A stretch of 64,000 nt of DNA from Flavobacteriales bacterium (lineage in GTDB: Bacteria; Bacteroidota; Bacteroidia; Flavobacteriales_F; PHOS-HE28): assembly GCA_038234075.1 (NCBI GenBank), contig JBBSUV010000012.1:22616-86615 (forward strand), given 5' to 3'. Shown here piece after piece: positions 58,222-64,000 of the stretch; position 1 is the stretch's first letter, and each line of letters starts with the position of its first letter. The position numbers and the translations under genes are program-made. The notes under the pieces are model-generated. The model had not been told where the DNA came from. It made no database searches and worked only from the letters and a program-made list of their open reading frames with translations.

Positions 58222-60714
58222 TCACTGCTTCATCCACTTACCACTTCGGACATCCTTGCCGGTGGTTGACACCAGACGGTAGGTGAAGAGGCCTGCAGGT
58301 AACCTTGCCGTATACACGACTGCGGATCCTGCGGAAACACGTTGGCGAAGCACTTCACGTCCGGTGACATCGTGCAGGAAGAGAGTGCCTTCAGGAATGG
58401 ACGCGGGCAGGTCGATGGTGAAGTTGTCGGTACCGGGGTTGGGGTGGATGAGCAGCGCATCAGTTGTCGAGAGTTCAGGGACCCCGACCGCTTGGAGCGT
58501 GTTCTTTAAGAAGAAGAAACTTGCTCCTTGATGAGCCACAAGATCAAGATCTCCATCCCCGTCGGCATCGAGCGGCACAAAAGGGGACGTGCTGTGGTAG
58601 ACGAAGTCGCCCCGAGATAGAGGATAGGACCCCGTGTTCACATACGGGAACAGGTCGTAACTATTATGATCGTTCAAAGTGGTGCCTAGAGAAAGTAGGA
58701 AGTCGATATCGCCATCCCCCTCCAAGTCCAATGCCTCTACCTTAAAATAAAACGGAGGGGTGGCCATAGAAAAGATCTCCGTGGGCGGTGAGATCCCTGA
58801 AAGGGTAATGGTGCTGAAATTGATGCGGATCGAATCGCCATCCAACTGTGTCCAGATCTGATCAGTAGTGCCATCCCCGTTCATATCCTTCCAACCGATA
58901 GAACCATAGTGATCAATGCTGAGGGCTGGCAATAAGGTGAAAGCCCCATTGCCGTCGTTGTGGTAGATATCGAGTTCATTAGCGGAAGGCTGCACCAGGA
59001 GCTCTTCCAGGCCATCACCGTCAAGGTCGCGATGGCTGGCGTAGGTGCCTATGGGTAATGAGGCTTCGCCTATCTCGAAGTGGAGCGGTGTGGTCTGGAG
59101 CAACACATAGTCTTGATGTGATTGGTCCTGTGGGGCCATCAGGTCAACCCAATGGCCTTGGATCAAGAGGTCCTTCAACCCGTCCCCGTTCACATCGATA
59201 ACATTCAAAGAACTGAGGATATAAGCCTCTATGCTATGTGTTCCGGACATGACATGACCAAGACAACGTTGAACATAAATGCCGCTCGAATCCTCCATGC
59301 AGAATAACTGACACGACTTGAATGGGTCCCAATTGGGTTGATAGCCTACAAGGTCGATATCCCCGTCATTGTCCATGTCGATCGGATACATGCGGCACTG
59401 GTCGCTATACCAGTAAGCTGGTAACATGGGTTCGGCGGTGAGGCTTGGTACGGCCACGTTCGCGTCGGCTTTGAGGAGGTGGAAACCGGATACCGGCGGA
59501 TAGCTGGAATTATTTGAAATGAAGGCCAGTTCTCCAATGCCATTGTCGTGTGGGTAAACTGCAACGGTAGGCCCCGTGTTAGCGTGGTTCCAAACGAATT
59601 TCTCCAAGATCGGACCGAAGAGTTGTGCTGTGTCGCCGTGAGCGATGAGCAGTCGATCATCCTTGGCGATGACGAGGATGTCCTCTTCGCCATCCCCATC
59701 CACGTCAGTTAAGCTAAAGTCCGTGATCCCGGGTAAAACGGTCTCCAGTGTATCAAAAGGACCATAGGTAAGGTCCGGATGGATCTGCGTCCGGATCAGC
59801 TGGTGGTTATTGACGAAGAACAGGTTGGCTGCGCCGGCAAGGTTTCTGAATTGATAAGTGTCATCAAACCAGATCCCCAGATAAGTCAATGGGGACCGCA
59901 GAAAAGTGGCTGCTCCCAGGTTCGCCCAGATCATGAATGAACTGTGTTGGGGTTCAGAATTCCCTCCTGCGAAGAGATCGATAAGACCATCCCCGTTGAA
60001 GTCCGCCGCACCGATCCGGCCTATGTCGCCGAAGTTGCTATCGATCATGATCAGTTGGGAAGTCGGCCCCGTTGTGGCATCCCAGGCCATGATCGTCGTC
60101 CCGGTCCTGATGATCAGGTCCAGTACTCCATCACCCGTAATGTCCGCTATTGTTTTTCCGCCGGAAGGCAAGGAGCGCACCAAAGCGATCTGACCCACAT
60201 TCGCATCGAAATTGTACACATCGATCGATGGGCCTCCACTCAGAATGATCTCCGGTATCCCGTCACCTGTGAGATCCGCCGCAGTAACGTCGGTATAGCT
60301 GGTAGACCCATCCGTAGTGATCGGGGCGCTGAAAGTGCCATCCCCTTGGCCCAGGAATACCGCAATGCGCGGTGTGTCCGTATCGGCATCTCCTTCGATC
60401 CGGCTTCGGATAAGGTCGGGTATCCCATCTGCGTTCAAGTCCCCGACGCCCATAAAGCTGCTTGGCCCAACCGGCAACAGCCGCTGCATACTTGATACGG
60501 AGTCCCCTACGAAAGTCAAGGCCACCACCCCGCCGTATTGGGTGGAGCCAAGGATGACCTCCTGCTGACCATCGCCATCGATATCACCAACAAAGGCGCG
60601 TTGTATCCCATCTATATTCGGGCCTATTGGGACCGGTGCCTCAAAAATAGCCTGGCCAAATGTTGATGATCCGATCAATACTGAGATCAAGAAGACCGAC
60701 GAATACCGGTTCAT
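58222..60714 (-). CDS. FG-GAP/VCBS-repeat T9SS-secreted protein
   Basis: Many DxDGDGxxD repeats and an IHPNPG T9SS CTD. Confidence 0.85.
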   Translation of the reverse strand: MNRYSSVFLISVLIGSSTFGQAIFEAPVPIGPNIDGIQRAFVGDIDGDGQQEVILGSTQYGGVVALTFVGDSVSSMQRLLPVGPSSFMGVGDLNADGIPDLIRSRIEGDADTDTPRIAVFLGQGDGTFSAPITTDGSTSYTDVTAADLTGDGIPEIILSGGPSIDVYNFDANVGQIALVRSLPSGGKTIADITGDGVLDLIIRTGTTIMAWDATTGPTSQLIMIDSNFGDIGRIGAADFNGDGLIDLFAGGNSEPQHSSFMIWANLGAATFLRSPLTYLGIWFDDTYQFRNLAGAANLFFVNNHQLIRTQIHPDLTYGPFDTLETVLPGITDFSLTDVDGDGEEDILVIAKDDRLLIAHGDTAQLFGPILEKFVWNHANTGPTVAVYPHDNGIGELAFISNNSSYPPVSGFHLLKADANVAVPSLTAEPMLPAYWYSDQCRMYPIDMDNDGDIDLVGYQPNWDPFKSCQLFCMEDSSGIYVQRCLGHVMSGTHSIEAYILSSLNVIDVNGDGLKDLLIQGHWVDLMAPQDQSHQDYVLLQTTPLHFEIGEASLPIGTYASHRDLDGDGLEELLVQPSANELDIYHNDGNGAFTLLPALSIDHYGSIGWKDMNGDGTTDQIWTQLDGDSIRINFSTITLSGISPPTEIFSMATPPFYFKVEALDLEGDGDIDFLLSLGTTLNDHNSYDLFPYVNTGSYPLSRGDFVYHSTSPFVPLDADGDGDLDLVAHQGASFFFLKNTLQAVGVPELSTTDALLIHPNPGTDNFTIDLPASIPEGTLFLHDVTGREVLRQRVSAGSAVVYTARLPAGLFTYRLVSTTGKDVRSGKWMKQ

Positions 60715-60969
60715 TGGAGGCTTGTTTGGTTCAGCAGATGTACCGCGAACGGATCAAGGACCAGACTTATTGCTGAACAGGCCACAGCACACAAATAAGT
60801 TCACGGAGAAGCTTAGCAATAGCAGGGTTCGCTTTGAACACCTTCCACGCAGGCACGATACCTGGTAGCTTTTGCTTTCGGTGAGTGTTCGCCGCCAAGT
60901 CCTGAAAGCCAATTTGATCTGATCGGCATGCCCCATCGCATGGCGGGGTAGAACTTTGACTTCTGCCCC

Positions 60970-61980
60970 ATGGACAAACACCGTTACGCCTCCTCACCCA
61001 ACTTCGAGAACGGCAAGTTCCACAACCTGCTACCCACCAGCATGTCGATGTCCGCAGAGGACATGGTGAAGACCATAGCCGGATTCATCGGAGGCGGCGA
61101 AGGGCGTGCGCCGAAGCACAAGATCCATGTGCGGCACCCGGATCCCAAGGTGATCGCTTCCCCCTATGGAAGCACGCGGGTGATCTGGTATGGTCATTCG
61201 GCGTTCCTGCTGCAGATCGACGGCAAGAGCCTGTTGCTCGATCCCATGTTCGGCTCCACGCCTGCGCCCTATCCGTGGATGGGCCGGTCGCGCTTCACCG
61301 ACGGCCTGCCCATCGCCATTGCGGACCTGCCGCATATCGACGCCATCCTGCTTTCGCACGACCACTATGACCACTTGGACTACCCATCCATCCTGGCACT
61401 GAAGGAGAAGACCAAGGAGTTCTTCGTGCCCTTGGGTGTGGGCCTGCGCTTGCGTGCATGGGGCATTGAACCGGCGCGGATCCACGAGCTGGACTGGTGG
61501 GACGAGATCGACCTGGGGCACTTGCATCTCGCGTTCACACCTGCGCGTCACTTCTCCGGCCGTGGGCTTATGGACCGCTTCTCCACGCTCTGGGGTGGCT
61601 GGGTGATCCAAGGGCAACGGGACAACATCTACTTCAGCGCGGACAGCGGTTACGGTCCGCACTTCGCTGCGATAGGTGCGAAGTATGGCCCGTTCGACTT
61701 TGCCATGATCGAGTGCGGGCAGTACAACGAGAAGTGGGCGGACATCCACATGATGCCGGAGGAATCGGCACAGGCGGCCTTGGATGTGCGAGCGAAGGTG
61801 ATGATGCCGATCCACTGGGCGAGCTTCGTGCTGGCCACACACAGTTGGACCGAGCCGGTGGTGCGCGTGACGAAGAAGGCGGATGAGCTGCGCATGCCGA
61901 TCATCACGCCGCGCATTGGCGATGTGGTCGCTCTGGATGCGCTGGGCGCTTTCCACGATCGGTGGTGGCAGGAGGTTTGA
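60970..61980 (+). CDS. MBL-fold hydrolase (RomA/NAPE-PLD-like)
   Basis: WYGHSAF, LSHDHYDHLD, PARHFSGR and MPIHW motifs. Confidence 0.9.
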   Translation: MDKHRYASSPNFENGKFHNLLPTSMSMSAEDMVKTIAGFIGGGEGRAPKHKIHVRHPDPKVIASPYGSTRVIWYGHSAFLLQIDGKSLLLDPMFGSTPAPYPWMGRSRFTDGLPIAIADLPHIDAILLSHDHYDHLDYPSILALKEKTKEFFVPLGVGLRLRAWGIEPARIHELDWWDEIDLGHLHLAFTPARHFSGRGLMDRFSTLWGGWVIQGQRDNIYFSADSGYGPHFAAIGAKYGPFDFAMIECGQYNEKWADIHMMPEESAQAALDVRAKVMMPIHWASFVLATHSWTEPVVRVTKKADELRMPIITPRIGDVVALDALGAFHDRWWQEV

Positions 61981-62017
61981 TCGGGTAGGCGCCACGGCTG
62001 ATCCTTATATTTGGAAC

Positions 62018-62239
62018 ATGGCAGTGAAGAAAGAGAAACAGAAGGCGACACCCAAAGCTCCGCTGACAACGAAGGTTTTGCGTCGTGTTTCCGCTGAAGC
62101 CACCCGCAAAGCAAGCCGGAAGGCGTTCGATAGTGTAGCTGAATTGCTTGTGGTGCGAGGAGGTTGGCTTGTCAAAGTGGACAAGACCGGCAAGGTGACC
62201 AAGCACGTTCGGAAGATCCCGTTGCCCGCACAGCCTTGA
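62018..62239 (+). CDS. Small basic protein, putative antitoxin
   Basis: 73 aa, Lys/Arg-rich. TATATTTG box at 62006-62013. Ends 4 bp before the P-loop gene. Confidence 0.6.
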   Translation: MAVKKEKQKATPKAPLTTKVLRRVSAEATRKASRKAFDSVAELLVVRGGWLVKVDKTGKVTKHVRKIPLPAQP

Positions 62240-62243
62240 TCCC

Positions 62244-63074
62244 ATGCCTCGTTCCTTGCGGCTGAGGGTATTTGCCGGACCGAACGGCTCAGGTAAAACG
62301 ACCATCATCAATGCCGTGCGCAAGGCACGCGTAAATGGCCGTGGAGTTGATTTCGGGGCCTATATCAATGCAGACGACATAGCCCGATCCCTGGGCACTG
62401 GTTTTGACCTTTCCATTTACGACGTGGAAACAGGTCCTGATGGTTTTCATGAATTCGCGGAACGCTCCGGACTGCTTGGAAAGGACCTTACCTTGAATGC
62501 CTTGAGTAAGGGCATGCTATGGACGGGTTCCACGGTACGAGCACGTGCGGGGTTGCCCAAGGATCGTGCGGCCCAATTGTTGGCGCAGTACCTGTACGAT
62601 GCCTTGTTGACAGCGAAAAAGAAGTTCTCGTTCGAGACGGTCTTCAGCCATTCCGGTAAGCTCGAACTGATGCGAAGGGCAGGAGCTATGGGATACAAGG
62701 TGTACTTGTACTTCATCTCAACGGAAGACCCGGCGATCAATGTTCAACGCGTCAAGGAGATCCGTGTAAAGGAAGGCGGACATGATGTTCCGAAGGACAA
62801 GATCATCAGCAGGTACAAGCGGACCATGGAGCACTTGAAGGATGCCATGGGACTGGCATACCACGCCTACTTGTGGGACAATTCCAAGCCGGGAATGAGC
62901 ACCCTGTTCTGTGAAATGAAGAGAACGGATGGGGCCGTTACTTGGAACATTGAAGTAGAAAAGGCCCCTATCTGGTTCCTACAGCATTTCTTGATCCACT
63001 ATCCGGAGGACGCTGTTCTCTACAAGGCCTGTTATGATGTTATTTATCATCAGATAGGGTTGGAGGAACCATAG
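62244..63074 (+). CDS. Zeta-toxin-like P-loop kinase/ATPase
   Basis: FAGPNGSGKTT, INADDIA, FSFETVFS and RV..GGHDVP..KIISRY motifs. Confidence 0.8.
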   Translation: MPRSLRLRVFAGPNGSGKTTIINAVRKARVNGRGVDFGAYINADDIARSLGTGFDLSIYDVETGPDGFHEFAERSGLLGKDLTLNALSKGMLWTGSTVRARAGLPKDRAAQLLAQYLYDALLTAKKKFSFETVFSHSGKLELMRRAGAMGYKVYLYFISTEDPAINVQRVKEIRVKEGGHDVPKDKIISRYKRTMEHLKDAMGLAYHAYLWDNSKPGMSTLFCEMKRTDGAVTWNIEVEKAPIWFLQHFLIHYPEDAVLYKACYDVIYHQIGLEEP

Positions 63075-63130
63075 TCAATTCGGAGCGACACATCCGCTCA
63101 ATGCCGGTGCATCGGAAGTGCGCAGATCGC

Positions 63131-63991
63131 TCACTCTTTCACCCAACGTAACGGCTTCCGTCCCTCATCCACCTTAACCAGATAGATGCCCGAAGGCAAG
63201 TCCGTGGTTTGTACTGATGCTCGCTCGTTAATGATCTGTTGCTGATGCACCACACGCCCCGTGGCATCGAATAGCGTAATGGTGTGTGACCCGGGATGAA
63301 GTGAAAGTGAGAAGTGATCCGTGCCGGGGTTGGGGTAGATCATCAGGCTGGAGATCGCGGAGGCCTCGTTCACGCCCATCAGCATTTCACACGCCCCGGA
63401 GGTCAATTGATAGGATATCTCGTTGTCACTGTAGCAACGCATACCGGTCGGCCCATCGATGAGCCAATTCGGACACCACATGAACATGTCCCATGTGGAG
63501 CCGACGCGTTCCATAACGGTTAAGTCGTCCGTGGTGCGGAGCCAGTGCAGCGGCACACCGCCGACCACCGTCGTGCCGGTATCCACAACTGTGATGGGCG
63601 CGCAGGTCGTGTCATTCACATGTGCCGGGAACCAATGTTCACCCGGGACCGCTCCGAACCAATACAGGGTATCCCACACCGTACCGGAAAGAATGAAGAC
63701 AACCTCGCTATCCGATCGCGTGATCAGTTCAACGGGGGTGTAACTGATATAAGGTGGTCCACTAAAGGTCGGCCCCGGAGGAGGTTGCGGATATTGTATC
63801 GCGGAATAGCGGTCGATCACTTGGGCAGTGTAACCACCGATGAGCGTGTCGTGCGTGTAGGTCATGCGGAGGAACCCCGCCAAGGCCATGCCTGCATTAT
63901 AGGTCCATGTCGCACCGGGCGTGCACCAGCTTTGGGCTTGGCCTGAAATGGTGGACAGAGCGAGCAGAACGAAGAGGAGTTTTCGCACCAT
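63131..63991 (-). CDS. T9SS-secreted hypothetical protein
   Basis: Signal peptide, QSWCTPGATWTY, MRCYSD and IYPNPG CTD. Confidence 0.85.
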   Translation of the reverse strand: MVRKLLFVLLALSTISGQAQSWCTPGATWTYNAGMALAGFLRMTYTHDTLIGGYTAQVIDRYSAIQYPQPPPGPTFSGPPYISYTPVELITRSDSEVVFILSGTVWDTLYWFGAVPGEHWFPAHVNDTTCAPITVVDTGTTVVGGVPLHWLRTTDDLTVMERVGSTWDMFMWCPNWLIDGPTGMRCYSDNEISYQLTSGACEMLMGVNEASAISSLMIYPNPGTDHFSLSLHPGSHTITLFDATGRVVHQQQIINERASVQTTDLPSGIYLVKVDEGRKPLRWVKE

Positions 63992-64000
63992 AGGTTGAAG

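Overview
64 kb of a high-GC (~58-60%) Bacteroidota chromosome, most likely a Flavobacteriales-type genome. The assignment rests on many T9SS C-terminal sorting domains and TAnnTTTG/TAnnTT(C/G) -7 promoter boxes. Most of the window is housekeeping, transport and secreted-enzyme genes: smpB, cvfB, rlmF, mntR-mntH, pyrD, HMG-CoA lyase, two M49 peptidases, tRNA-Leu(CAG), and an ABC/M1-aminopeptidase pair. Less ordinary features: (1) a marR gene with four copies of the palindrome TTGCATGGCCATGCAA, three of them forming a regular ~155-bp tandem array of mutually homologous non-coding units; (2) a cobalamin-riboswitch operon (btuB, btuG-like) led by a T9SS-secreted protein with two copies of a probable B12-binding domain; (3) a 178-bp MITE with 18-bp TIRs and a 10-bp TSD inserted into a REP-like repeat; (4) an AT-rich island (OprB porin, DoxX, APC permease) that truncates a PIN toxin and stays in frame with it; (5) ~190-bp direct repeats bracketing one MFS gene; (6) a RAYT transposase with flanking hairpins, a CI-like S24 repressor, an orphan caspase-fold-like protein and a zeta-like TA pair. 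No CRISPR array, integrase or prophage was seen. Three homopolymer -1 frameshifts suggest possible long-read assembly errors. All family names come from motif recognition; no database searches were run.
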